Source: an uncultured Chloroflexia bacterium (GTDB lineage: Bacteria > Chloroflexota > Limnocylindria > Limnocylindrales > CSP1-4). Taken from it: a stretch of DNA of 64,000 nucleotides. Positions 18,751 to 28,502 of this stretch are shown in pieces (position 1 is the stretch's first letter; each line of letters starts with the position of its first letter). The notes beneath the pieces were generated by a model. The model had not been told where the DNA came from and searched no databases. It worked only from the letters and a program-made list of their open reading frames with translations. The stretch covers positions 331,692 to 395,691 of the forward strand of contig CAVVNQ010000008.1 in assembly GCA_963749705.1 (NCBI GenBank). The letters run 5' to 3'. The position numbers were made by a program, and so were the translations under genes.

Positions 18751-19173
18751 CTAGCTCCGCCAGCGGTTCGCGTTCCGGAGGCGGCGGGCCTGGGCCTGGA
18801 GCATCCGGTACATGATCTTCGGATACCCGACCAGGAACGGCTCCACGGCCGGCCCGGCGATCACCAGGCAGCGCATCGCCGAGGTCGCGACGACATCGGC
18901 GGTCGGAGGCTCGCCGAGCAGGATCGACACCTCGCCGAAGAAGTCGCCGCGGTGGAGGGTCGCCCGCTTCTGGCCGTCGACGATGACGTCGGCCGCACCC
19001 TCGAGGATCACGTAGAAGCCGGACCCGGTGAGCCCCTGGCGGAGGATGCGATCCCCTTCCGGGAAGAACACCTCCTCGAAGGCGCTCGCGACGCCGATCA
19101 GCTGCGGTGTCTGGAGGTCTCCGAAGATCGCAAACCCCGCGAGGACATCCGCGATCTCCTCTCGCGTGGCCAT
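18751..19173 (-). CDS. Stand-alone cyclic-nucleotide-binding domain protein (degenerate phosphate-binding cassette)
   Basis: ILRQG..GSGFYVILEG...GDFFGEVSIL...PPTADV; SD upstream. Confidence 0.88.
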   Translation of the reverse strand: MATREEIADVLAGFAIFGDLQTPQLIGVASAFEEVFFPEGDRILRQGLTGSGFYVILEGAADVIVDGQKRATLHRGDFFGEVSILLGEPPTADVVATSAMRCLVIAGPAVEPFLVGYPKIMYRMLQAQARRLRNANRWRS

Positions 19174-19313
19174 CGCCGAACCCTCCTGTCAACCGTCGCC
19201 CGTGATCGCTCCCGTCGCCAGCATGCTCGCACAACCGGCGGGGAGGCGGGCGCGGCGTCCCGGAACACCGCGGGGATGCCCGCCGCGGACCCTCTGTCGC
19301 CACCGGATCCGCG

Positions 19314-19342
19314 TTGACGCGAGCCTGCGCGCAGGGCACCAT
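19314..19342 (+). promoter_or_regulatory. Putative sigma70 promoter with a 12-bp palindrome in the spacer
   Basis: TTGACG-N17-CACCAT; CCTGCGCGCAGG at 19324-19335. Confidence 0.4.
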
Positions 19343-19369
19343 GACCCACTCACGGAACCGGAGGGACCG

Positions 19370-19798
19370 ATGCCCCTGACCCAGGACCGGCGCGCGGAGC
19401 TCATCGGCGGCTGCCGGCTCTTTCACGGCCTTGACGAGCGGGGTCTGGCCGCCATCGCAGCGGCCGCGGTCGAGGTCGACTTTCCGGCCGACCGGGTGAT
19501 CGCCCGCCAGGGGGAGATCGGCACCGGCTTCTTCGTCATCGTTGAGGGCGGCGTCAGGATCGTGCGCGACGGCGCCGTGGTGGCCACGCTCGGGCCGGGC
19601 GAGTTCTTCGGCGAGCTGTCGGTGCTCGATGGTGGGCCACGGGTCGCCCAGGTCGTCGCCGACGGTTCGACCAGGTGCCTCGCGCTGCCGTCATGGGACA
19701 TGGAGCGGGTGCTCCACGATGAGCCGGGGGTCGCGCTGTCGGTGCTGCGGGTGGTCGCGGGCCGGCTGCGCGAGGTCACCACCGACCACCGGACGTAG
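19370..19798 (+). CDS. Stand-alone cyclic-nucleotide-binding domain protein
   Basis: IARQGEIGTGFFVIVEG...GEFFGELSVL...PRVAQV; GGAGGG upstream; no HTH. Confidence 0.88.
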   Translation: MPLTQDRRAELIGGCRLFHGLDERGLAAIAAAAVEVDFPADRVIARQGEIGTGFFVIVEGGVRIVRDGAVVATLGPGEFFGELSVLDGGPRVAQVVADGSTRCLALPSWDMERVLHDEPGVALSVLRVVAGRLREVTTDHRT

Positions 19799-19820
19799 GC
19801 ACGAGCGAGGAGCGGTGACG

Positions 19821-22589
19821 GTGGCGTCCCCCGACCGCCCGACGGGTCAGATCGCGTTCCTGTTCACGGACATCGAGGGCTCGACGCGGCTGGTCGAGTC
19901 GCTTGGCACCGCCGCCTGGGGGTCCGTCCTCGCGCGGCACCGCGCGATCATCCGGGCAGCGCTTGCCCGGCACGGCGGCCACGAGGTCGGGACGGAGGGT
20001 GACGGCTTCTTCGCCGTGTTCGGGGATCCGCTCGCGGCGGTGCGCGCGGCGGCCGACGCCCAGCGCGGGCTCGCGGACGAACCCTGGCCGTCCGGGGCGG
20101 TCCTCCGGGTCCGGATGGGGATCCACGCCGGCATCGGGGAGCTGGATCCGGACGGCGGCTACGTCGGCCACGATGTCCACCGCGCCGCGCGCGTCGCGGC
20201 GGCGGGTCATGGCGGCCAGGTCCTGCTGTCCGAACCCGCGACGGACGCGATCACCGGGCGGGTGCCGGATGACCTCGGCATTCGGCCGCTCGGCGCCCAC
20301 CGTCTCAAGGATCTCCAGCCGGAGCAGATCGCCCAGCTCCTCGTCCCCGGGCTACCGGCCGACTACCCGCCGATCCGGTCGCTCGACGCGCGACCCAACA
20401 ACCTGCCGACCCAGCTGACCTCGTTCGTCGGCCGCGAGCGCGAGCTGACCGAAGCCTCGCCGCTCATCGAGCGGTCCCGGCTGCTCACGCTGACCGGCCC
20501 CGGCGGGACGGGCAAGACGCGCTTGTCGCTCCAGCTGGCGGCGGGCGTGGCCGACCGGTTCCCGGACGGGCTGTGGTGGGTCCCGCTCGCTGCCGTGCGC
20601 GATCCGCTGCTCATCGCGCCCACGATCCTCCGGACGGTCGGCGCGGCCGAGAACGTCGACCGGGCGCCGATCGACCAGCTCGTCGATGCGCTCGCGGGCC
20701 GGCAGGTGCTGATCGTGCTCGACAACCTGGAGCAGCTGCCCGGGGCATCGCCGATCATCGCGAACGTGCTCAAGGCTCTGCCCAAGCTGCACATCCTGGC
20801 CACCAGCCGGTCGCCGCTCCGGATCTCGGGCGAGCAGGAGTACCCGCTGACCGGCCTGCCCGCGCCGATCGCGCTGGAGCGGCTGGGCCTGATGGAGCGC
20901 GAGCGGCTGCCGGCGTCGCAGCGACAGCGGGATGCCGCCAGCCTCGGCGGCTACGAGGCGGTCGTCCTGTTCGTCACCCGTGGTGCCGCGGTTCGGCCGG
21001 GGTTCGAGCTGACCGACGACAACGCCCCCGACGTGGCCGCGATCGTGGCCCGCCTGGACGGGATCCCGCTGGCGATCGAGCTCGCCGCGGCCCGGCTGCG
21101 GTACCTGACCCCGGCGGCGATCCGCGAGCGGCTGGAGCAGCGGCTGGACCTTCCCGGTGCGGGCGCGATGGACGTCCCGGAGCGGCAGCGGACGCTGCGC
21201 GGCGCCATCGAGTGGAGCCACGACCTGCTCGACGAACGGCACCGGCGGCTGCTCGAGCGGCTGGCGGTGTTCACCGGCGGGTTCGACCTCGACTGCGCCG
21301 AGACCGTCGCGGGCCGGAGCGAGGATCCCGGCCTGGACCTGCTGGACGGGCTGGCGACCCTCGCCGACCAGAGCCTGGTACGGACGGGCGATGCCGACGG
21401 CGAGCCGAGGTTCTCGCTGCTCGAGCCGATCCGGGAGTTCGGACTCGAGCAGCTCGAGGAATCCGGGGAGGCGGAGCGACTTCGCGAGCGCCATGCCGGG
21501 GCGTACCTCGCCCTGGCGGCGCGCCTCGAGCCGCTGCTCGCCGGGGACGACCAACGTCGCTGGCTGGACAAGCTGGAGCTGGAGCACGACAACATCCGGG
21601 CAGCGCTCGACTGGTCCGAGGGGGCCGAGAAGCCGGAGATCGCACTCGCCCTGGCCGCCCACAGCTGGCGGTTCTGGCAGAAGCGCGGCCATCTGCGTGA
21701 GGCGCGCCGGCGCCTGAACCGGTTGCTTGCGCGGCCGTGGGCCGCGGCACCGACGCCGCTGCGCGCCGATGCATTGGAGGCGGCCGGGGGTGTCGCGTAC
21801 TGGCACGGCGACTTCGAGGGCGCGCGGCCGCCATACGAGGAGGCGCTCGAGATCCGGCGGGCCACCGGATCAGCCGCGGACGTCGCCAACGCGCTGTACA
21901 ACCTGTCGTTCTGCTTCACGATCGGCGGCGGCGCGACACCCGAGAACCGCCGGCGGGCCCTCGCGATCCTCAACGAGGCGCTGGACCTGTACCGTCGCGA
22001 GGGCAACGCCAGGGGCACGGCCAACGCGCTGTGGGGGATCGGGATCCACCACTACTTCCTCAACGAGAACGCCGAGGCGGTCGAGCCGTTCGAGGAAGCG
22101 CTGCGCAACTATCGCCAGGTCGGTGACCGGACGCAGGAGGCATGGGCGATGCGCCAGCTCGGCTCGGCGCTGTTCAAGCTCGGCGACGTCGAGCGGGCTC
22201 GCCGGCTGCTGCTCGACTCCCTGCGCCTGTTCGACTCGGCGGGCGACGTGGCGGGGGTGACGATGATGTTCGACCGCCTGTCGTGGGTCGCGGCGATCGA
22301 CGGTGATCGCGTCAAGGCCGGGCGGCTCCACGGGCTGGCGCGCCGGCTCCAGCAGTCGTCGGGCGCAGACCTGGCGCGGTTCGTGGAGGAGTCGTTCGAG
22401 GAAGGCTCGAAGTCGTCGGTCCGGGAGGTGCTCCCGCCTGCCGAGCTCGCCCGGTACGCGGCCCAGGGTGCCGCGATGACGCTCCAGGAAGGCGTGCGAT
22501 ACGCCATGTCCGAGGGTGCGGAGCCGGCCGAGGGCCCCGCGCCGTCCGGATCGATCGCCGGTGCGGCACCGCCCGAGGATCGGATATGA
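19821..22589 (+). CDS. Class III nucleotidyl cyclase - STAND/NB-ARC ATPase - TPR protein
   Basis: FLFTDIEGST, EGDGFF, RMGIHAG, HRAARV; GPGGTGKT, LDNLEQ, LDGIPLAIELAAAR; C-terminal TPR-like helices; GAGGAG before the GTG. Confidence 0.92.
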   Translation: MASPDRPTGQIAFLFTDIEGSTRLVESLGTAAWGSVLARHRAIIRAALARHGGHEVGTEGDGFFAVFGDPLAAVRAAADAQRGLADEPWPSGAVLRVRMGIHAGIGELDPDGGYVGHDVHRAARVAAAGHGGQVLLSEPATDAITGRVPDDLGIRPLGAHRLKDLQPEQIAQLLVPGLPADYPPIRSLDARPNNLPTQLTSFVGRERELTEASPLIERSRLLTLTGPGGTGKTRLSLQLAAGVADRFPDGLWWVPLAAVRDPLLIAPTILRTVGAAENVDRAPIDQLVDALAGRQVLIVLDNLEQLPGASPIIANVLKALPKLHILATSRSPLRISGEQEYPLTGLPAPIALERLGLMERERLPASQRQRDAASLGGYEAVVLFVTRGAAVRPGFELTDDNAPDVAAIVARLDGIPLAIELAAARLRYLTPAAIRERLEQRLDLPGAGAMDVPERQRTLRGAIEWSHDLLDERHRRLLERLAVFTGGFDLDCAETVAGRSEDPGLDLLDGLATLADQSLVRTGDADGEPRFSLLEPIREFGLEQLEESGEAERLRERHAGAYLALAARLEPLLAGDDQRRWLDKLELEHDNIRAALDWSEGAEKPEIALALAAHSWRFWQKRGHLREARRRLNRLLARPWAAAPTPLRADALEAAGGVAYWHGDFEGARPPYEEALEIRRATGSAADVANALYNLSFCFTIGGGATPENRRRALAILNEALDLYRREGNARGTANALWGIGIHHYFLNENAEAVEPFEEALRNYRQVGDRTQEAWAMRQLGSALFKLGDVERARRLLLDSLRLFDSAGDVAGVTMMFDRLSWVAAIDGDRVKAGRLHGLARRLQQSSGADLARFVEESFEEGSKSSVREVLPPAELARYAAQGAAMTLQEGVRYAMSEGAEPAEGPAPSGSIAGAAPPEDRI

Positions 22590-25256
22590 GCCTCCCGGCC
22601 GGGACGGTCACCTTCCTGTTCACGGACATCGAGGCCTCGACGAAGCTGGTTGCGGCCGTCGGGGATGCCGCGTACGGCGAGATCCTGGCCACGGAGCGCC
22701 GCCTCGTGTTGGACGCGGCGGTTGCCGAAGGCGGTGTCCCGTTCGGATCGGAGGGCGACGCGCACTTCGTCGCGTTCGGGTCGGCCTCGGCAGCGGTCCG
22801 TGCCTCGATCGCCGCGCAGCGCGCGATCGCCGCCCACCCCTGGCCGTCCGGGCCGGTCCGCGTGCGGATGGGCCTCCACACCGGCGAGGCGCAGGTCGTC
22901 GCCGACGACTACGTGGGGCTCGAGGTCCATCGGGCGGCCCGGGTGGCCGCGGCGGCGCACGGCGGCCAGCTGCTGATCACCGACGCCACGCGGGCGCTGG
23001 CCCACTGAACTGCCGCGCGACATCCGGCTCAAGGACCTGGGCGAGCACCGGCTCAAGGACCTCACGCGGCCGGAGCACCTGTACCAGGTGGGGGCCGCGG
23101 ACCTGGGCGACGACTTTCCACCCCTGCGGACGCTCAACTCGACGCCCAACAACCTGCCGCCGCAGCTGACCAGCTTCGTCGGGCGGGCCGAGCTCGCGGA
23201 CGCGTCGGCGCTCCTCGACGGGACCCGCCTGCTCACGCTCACCGGTCCCGGCGGGACGGGCAAGACGCGGCTGTCCCTTGCCCTTGCGGGCGACTGTGCG
23301 GATCGATTTCCGGGCGGGGCATGGTTCGTCCCGCTGGCCGCCATCAGCGATCCGGACCTGATCGCGTCCGCGATCGCGTCATCGGTCGGGCTGCTCGCCC
23401 CGGGCCAGCCGCCGTTCGAGCGCGTCGTCGAGCACTTCCGGGACCGGACGGCCCTGCTCGTGCTCGACAACTTCGAGCAGCTCGTCGCCGGGGCGCCGCT
23501 CGTCGGCGAGCTGCTGCGGGCCGCGCCGCGCCTCACCGTCATCGCCTCGAGCCGTGCGCCGCTGCGGGTGGCGGGCGAGCAGGAGTTCCCCGTCCCACCG
23601 CTGTCGCTGCCGCCGGCCGGTGCGTCCGACGTCGCCGTGCTGATGGCATCCGAGGCGGTCCGCCTGTTCGTCGAGCGGGCGATGGCCGTGCGGCCGGACT
23701 TCAGCCTGACACCCGCGAACGGTCGCCACGTCGCGCAGATCGTGACGGCGCTCGACGGCCTGCCGCTGGCCATCGAGCTCGCCGCGGCGCGGATCCGCCT
23801 GCTGTCGCCGGCGGCGATGGCCGCGCGCCTCGGCGACCGGCTCGCGCTGCTCGGCTCCGGCGGGCGCGACCTGCCGGAACGGCAGCGAACCCTGCGCGGA
23901 GCCATCGCCTGGAGCCACGACCTGCTCGATCCGGGAGAGCGACGCCTGTTCGCGCGCCTGGGCGTGTTCGCCGGCGGCGGGACCCTCGAGCTGGCGGAAT
24001 CCGTGTGCGCGCTCGATGACGACGATCCGCCCGACGACGTGCTGACCGGCCTCGAGCGCCTGGCCGAGCAGAGCCTCATCCGGATCGGCGACGACGCCCA
24101 CGAGGACATCCGGTTCACCATGCTGGAGACGATCCGCGAGTACGCGCTCGAGCGGCTCGACGAGCGCGGCGAGCACGACGTCCTTCGCACGCGGCACGCG
24201 GCGGCATTCCTCGCCCTGGTCAGCGACGCCGCGGGCGGCGGCGGCGCCGGCGACCGTGCTCGATGGCTCGACCGGCTCGAGGACGACCACGACAACCTGC
24301 GCGCGGCCATCGACCACCTGGTCGCATCCGGCGATCGGGCGGGTGCGGCCGCGTTTGCATACGCAACGTGGCGGTTCTGGCAGATGCGCGGCCACCTCAA
24401 CGAGGGCCGCAACCGGGTGGACCGTGTGCTGGCGATGCCGGGCTGGGACGAAGATCGGTCGATCGCGCGCCTGCACGCGCTCGAAGCCGCCGGCGGGCTC
24501 GCCTACTGGGCTGGCGACATGCGGATCGCCAACGCCCGGTACGCGGAGGCCGAGTCGCTGGCCCGCCGCGTGGGCGACCCGACGGAGCTCGCCAACGCGT
24601 TGTACAACCACTTCTTCGCCAGCCGCCCCAGCGCCTCGACCGAGGACTGGATGGCGGGGCTCGCCGACGACAGCCGGCCGTTCCTCAACGAGGCGCTCGA
24701 GATCTGGACGCGGATCGGCGATGACGACGGACGGGCCAAGGGGCTGTGGGCGCTCGCCGAGCACCACGCATACCGCCTCGAGACCGCGGAGGCCGAGACG
24801 GCGGCGACCGAGGCGCTCGCCCTGTTCGAGCGGAAGGGCGACTCGTTCTGGGTCGGGTGGTCGCACTTCACGCGCGCGTTCGCGCGCGTGCTCGCCGGCG
24901 ACCCTGCCGGGTCTGGCGCGGACCTTGGCTCGGCGCTCCGCGAGTTCCAGCGGGTTCGGGACGTCTCCGGGCTGGTGCTCTGCCTGTCAGCGCTGCCCAG
25001 CGCGCTCCTGCTCGCCGGTCGCGACCTGGAGGCGTATCGGATTGCCGGAGCGGCACGGCGGGCAAGCGCGGAGACGGGCGTCTTGCTGGCCGGCCTGTGG
25101 CCGAGCGGCACGTTCGTGTCCGCCGATCCGGAGACGAGGGACTCGGCCCTCCAGGCGGCCCTGGCCGAGGGCGCCGCATGGACGCGCGAGCACGCGATGG
25201 AGGTCGGGGTCCAGTCTGCCGACAGCCTCGCCTCGGGCCAGTCGGTCCCGTCCTGA
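22586..25256 (+). pseudogene. Second cyclase-STAND-TPR paralogue split by a single +1 frameshift (extra C at 23001-23003; possibly a sequencing error)
   Basis: Cyclase ORF 22586-23008 stops at ALAH*; removing one C gives ALATELPRDIRLKDLGEHRLKDL, continuous with ORF 23088-25256. Confidence 0.88.
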
Positions 25257-25274
25257 CCGCGTAGCATGCCGGGC

Positions 25275-25514
25275 ATGGACGCGCCCGAGATGCACCCGGA
25301 CCTGCACCCTGCCAGCCCGATCCGGCTGCTGGACGAGGCGGGCTTGTCGACGATGGTGCCGGCCACCGTCGGCCCGGGCCGCCCGGACGTCGAGCCCGAT
25401 GACCCGGGCGAGCTCGTGCGCACCTGCGCGAACTGCGGGGCGCCCATGGACGAGCGCAAGTGCAAGCTGATCTGCCGCTGCGGCTACTTCCTGTCGTGCT
25501 CCGACTACTACTGA
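25275..25514 (+). CDS. Small Cys-rich zinc-finger protein
   Basis: CANCGAPMDERKCKLICRCGYFLSCSDYY C-terminus; TAGCAT lies 7 nt before ATG 25275. Confidence 0.75.
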   Translation: MDAPEMHPDLHPASPIRLLDEAGLSTMVPATVGPGRPDVEPDDPGELVRTCANCGAPMDERKCKLICRCGYFLSCSDYY

Positions 25515-25557
25515 TCCGCGGCCCCAGCTGAGACGCCCCGGACGCTAGACTGCGCAG

Positions 25558-26415
25558 ATGGCAGAGGCGCCCGCTCCCCAGCGCACGAAGTCCGGCATCC
25601 CGCGCAATCCCGGCCGCCACGAGCTGGGCATGAAGGCCACGCTCCTGTTCCCCGACAAGGCGATCGTCGAGCGCTACTACGTGCCCCTCGTGTACACGGC
25701 CTGCCGGACCTGCTACTCGGAGCTGGAGCCGCAGGAGATCTTCCGGCGCGCGGTCGAGGGCGAGGTCGCCCCGGCCAGCATGCAGCGCCTGATCGGCAAC
25801 GTGATCGAGTCCGGCCACGGCTCGACCATCGAGCACATCGTGTTCACGTTCGCCCTCAGCGGCGTGTCCCGGACCCTGTCGCACCAGCTCGTGCGCCACC
25901 GGGCCGGCGTGGCGTTCGACCAGCAGAGCCAGCGCTACGTCAAGTACAAGGGCGCGGCCACGATGCTGCCGGCCACGATCGCGGACGCTGACGCGGAGCT
26001 TCGATCGCGATACGAGGAGCACGTGGACGACGCGCTCGGCCTGTACGGCGAGCTGGTCGGCGCGGGCGTGCCGGGCGAGGATGCGCGGTTCGTGTTCCCC
26101 AACGCGACCCGGACGAACCTCGTGATGACCACCAACCTGCGGGCGCTGATCCACATGTCCGGGCTGCGCCTGTGCACGATGGCGCAGTGGGAGATCCGGC
26201 GCCTGTTCCAGCTGATCCGGCACGAGATCTTCGGGGTCTCGCCGTTCCTGGGCTCGTTCCTGGCGCCCAAGTGCGTGGCGCTCGGCTACTGCGACGAGTT
26301 CAACAACCGCGACGAGCACTGCCCGATCCGGCCGCACAAGGACAACGTCCTCGCGGCCTGGGCGCAGAAGCGTGACGCGGCCAAGGCGGCGGGCCGGGAC
26401 CTGACCGTCCGCTGA
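25558..26415 (+). CDS. thyX: Flavin-dependent thymidylate synthase
   Basis: GHGSTIEH, HQLVRHR...SQRYV, EDARFVFP, LRLC..AQWEIR; TAGACT lies 6 nt before the ATG. Confidence 0.95.
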   Translation: MAEAPAPQRTKSGIPRNPGRHELGMKATLLFPDKAIVERYYVPLVYTACRTCYSELEPQEIFRRAVEGEVAPASMQRLIGNVIESGHGSTIEHIVFTFALSGVSRTLSHQLVRHRAGVAFDQQSQRYVKYKGAATMLPATIADADAELRSRYEEHVDDALGLYGELVGAGVPGEDARFVFPNATRTNLVMTTNLRALIHMSGLRLCTMAQWEIRRLFQLIRHEIFGVSPFLGSFLAPKCVALGYCDEFNNRDEHCPIRPHKDNVLAAWAQKRDAAKAAGRDLTVR

Positions 26416-26562
26416 CCCCGCCCGGCGGCCGACGGCCGACGGGCGACGAGGCGCAGCCCGGCGCGAGCTCCGGCGTCTCGCGCGGGCATCACGGGCGAAG
26501 ACCCGGGCTCGACTCCAGCCCGTACAGGGCTCTACCCCCGGGCGATCGAGCTCGCCGGCACA

Positions 26563-26623
26563 ACCTTATACAGAGACTTGACATGTCGCCAATCGTTGGT
26601 AATGTCTGGACATACCTTACACA
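26563..26623 (+). promoter_or_regulatory. Near-consensus sigma70 promoter with overlapping operator-like palindrome
   Basis: TTGACA(26578)-N16-TAATGT(26600) with extended -10 TG; ATGTCTGGACAT at 26602-26613; ACCTTAYACA direct repeats at 26563 and 26614. Confidence 0.7.
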
Positions 26624-26704
26624 TACGTTGGACGTCCCAACGGGACCAGGCCCCGATCGGGTTCCGAGCAACAAGGATCGTCCAACCCATCGGAGGAACA
26701 GCTC

Positions 26705-27523
26705 GTGTCCAGAACCCTCACCCGACCGGCAGCGCTCATCGCCGGTGTGCTTGCGCTCGTCACGTTCGCGGCGCCCGCCGCGGCAGCGGACGATGCCATG
26801 GTTCGCGTGCTCCACGCCTCGCCCGACGCACCTGCCGTCGATGTCTACGTCGATGGCACGAAGGTCGGCGACCCGCTCGCCGGCCTCGAGTTCGGCGACC
26901 TGTCCGCCTATGTCGCACTGCCGGCCGGGACCTACGACATCAAGGTCTGCGCAACGGCCGACGCCTCGATCTGCCCGATCGACGCGAGCGGCGTCACCCT
27001 GACGGCCGGAACGCACTACACGATCGCTGCCACCAACGTGCTCGCTTCGATCGAGGCCCAGATCATCACCGACGACGCCACCCCGGTCGCCGACAAGACC
27101 CTGGTCCGCGTCGTGCACTTCTCGGCGGACACCCCGGCGGTCGACGTCCTGACCCAGGACGGCGCCGCGAAGGTCGTCGAGAACCTCGCCTACCCGAACC
27201 CGACCGGCTACCTCACGCTCGATCCCGGTTCCTACGACCTCAAGGTGTGCGCCAACGCGGACAACAGCGTGTGCCCGCTCGACCCGCCCGCCCTGGACCT
27301 TGCGGCCGGGCGCGCCTACAGCGTGTTCGCAATCGGGTCGCTCACGGCGGAGAGCCTGACGGCCGTCGTCGGGGTGGACGCCATCCTGGCACCCGCCACC
27401 GACACGGTCAGCGACACGGCACCCGCGTCCACCGGCTCGGGCATCGCGCTGCTGCTGCTGGTTGGGTTCGGCCTCACCTTCCTCGGCGCGCTCCGCCTCG
27501 CGACGGGCCCGGTCCGCCGGTAG
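26705..27523 (+). CDS. Secreted DUF4397-domain protein with C-terminal TM anchor
   Basis: Signal peptide; VRVLHASPDAPAVDVY and VRVVHFSADTPAVDV repeats; PATDT followed by TM helix and RR. Confidence 0.9.
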   Translation: MSRTLTRPAALIAGVLALVTFAAPAAAADDAMVRVLHASPDAPAVDVYVDGTKVGDPLAGLEFGDLSAYVALPAGTYDIKVCATADASICPIDASGVTLTAGTHYTIAATNVLASIEAQIITDDATPVADKTLVRVVHFSADTPAVDVLTQDGAAKVVENLAYPNPTGYLTLDPGSYDLKVCANADNSVCPLDPPALDLAAGRAYSVFAIGSLTAESLTAVVGVDAILAPATDTVSDTAPASTGSGIALLLLVGFGLTFLGALRLATGPVRR

Positions 27524-27549
27524 CCCTCCCCGGTTCTCCTCCTCCCGGT

Positions 27550-27577
27550 CGATGCCCCGCCCTCGGGCGGGGCATCG
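27550..27577. terminator. GC-rich hairpin between convergent genes
   Basis: CGATGCCCCGCCC-TC-GGGCGGGGCATCG perfect inverted repeat; no U-tract. Confidence 0.7.
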
Positions 27578-27595
27578 CCATGCCCGCTTAGCAGG

Positions 27596-28483
27596 TCAGC
27601 GGGCGGGCGGCGGCAGGCTCCCGACGAACCGACGGATGACCCGGGCCAGCTGCGGACCGGAGACCTCGCCCGCCTCGAGCACCTCGGCGTGGGTCAGCGG
27701 CTGTCCGCTGTACCCCGCGCCCGCGTTGGTGACCAGGGACACGCCGCACACCTCGAGCCCGATCCAGCGCGCGGCGATCGCCTCGAGCACCGTGGACATG
27801 CCGACGGCATCGGCGCCCATCGTGCGCAGCATCCTGACCTCGGCCGGGGTCTCGTACGTGGGGCCGATCAGGCCGGCATAGATGCCCTCGGCGAGCTCGA
27901 CGCCCTCGGCCGTCCCGGCCGCGTGGAGCCGCTCGCGGAGGCGGGGTGACCAGACGTCGGTCATGTCCGCGAACCGGGGCCCGAGCTCGTCCGCGTTGGG
28001 CCCCAGCAGCGGCGTGCGTCCAGTGAGGTTGAGGTGGTCCGAGATGACCATGAGCGTCCCGGGCCCGAAGGACGGGTTGACGCCGCCGGCGGCGTTGGTC
28101 AGCACCACGAGCTCCGCGCCCAGCTGGCGGAACAGCAGCACCGGCTGGACCACCAGCCCGGGGGCGTTGCCCTCGTACAGGTGGAACCGGCCCTGGAGCA
28201 TGACGACCGGGGTCCCGGCCAGCCGGCCCAGCAGCACCCGGCCCGCGTGCCCCGGTGCCGTCGCGACGGGCCAGCCGGGCAGGTCCTCGAACGGGATGGT
28301 GACCGCATCCTCGAGATCGTCGGCGAGGCTGCCCAGCCCCGATCCCAGGACGATGCCGGCGCGCGGGACGAGGGCCGTTCGCGCTCGCACGGCCGCAGCC
28401 AGGGCCGCCAGGCGAGCCGGTTGCTCCGCGGGCGCGATCGGGCGCGACCGGTCGATGGGCGTCAGGGGAAGGTCGTCGCTCAT
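27596..28483 (-). CDS. punA: Purine nucleoside phosphorylase (trimeric, PNP I)
   Basis: GIVLGSGLG, GHAG, QGRFHLYEG, TNAAGG, GPTYETPAE, VGMSTV, SLVTN; TATCCT lies 6 nt before the ATG. Confidence 0.95.
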   Translation of the reverse strand: MSDDLPLTPIDRSRPIAPAEQPARLAALAAAVRARTALVPRAGIVLGSGLGSLADDLEDAVTIPFEDLPGWPVATAPGHAGRVLLGRLAGTPVVMLQGRFHLYEGNAPGLVVQPVLLFRQLGAELVVLTNAAGGVNPSFGPGTLMVISDHLNLTGRTPLLGPNADELGPRFADMTDVWSPRLRERLHAAGTAEGVELAEGIYAGLIGPTYETPAEVRMLRTMGADAVGMSTVLEAIAARWIGLEVCGVSLVTNAGAGYSGQPLTHAEVLEAGEVSGPQLARVIRRFVGSLPPPAR

Positions 28484-28502
28484 GGGGGCAGGATAGCCGC
28501 GC

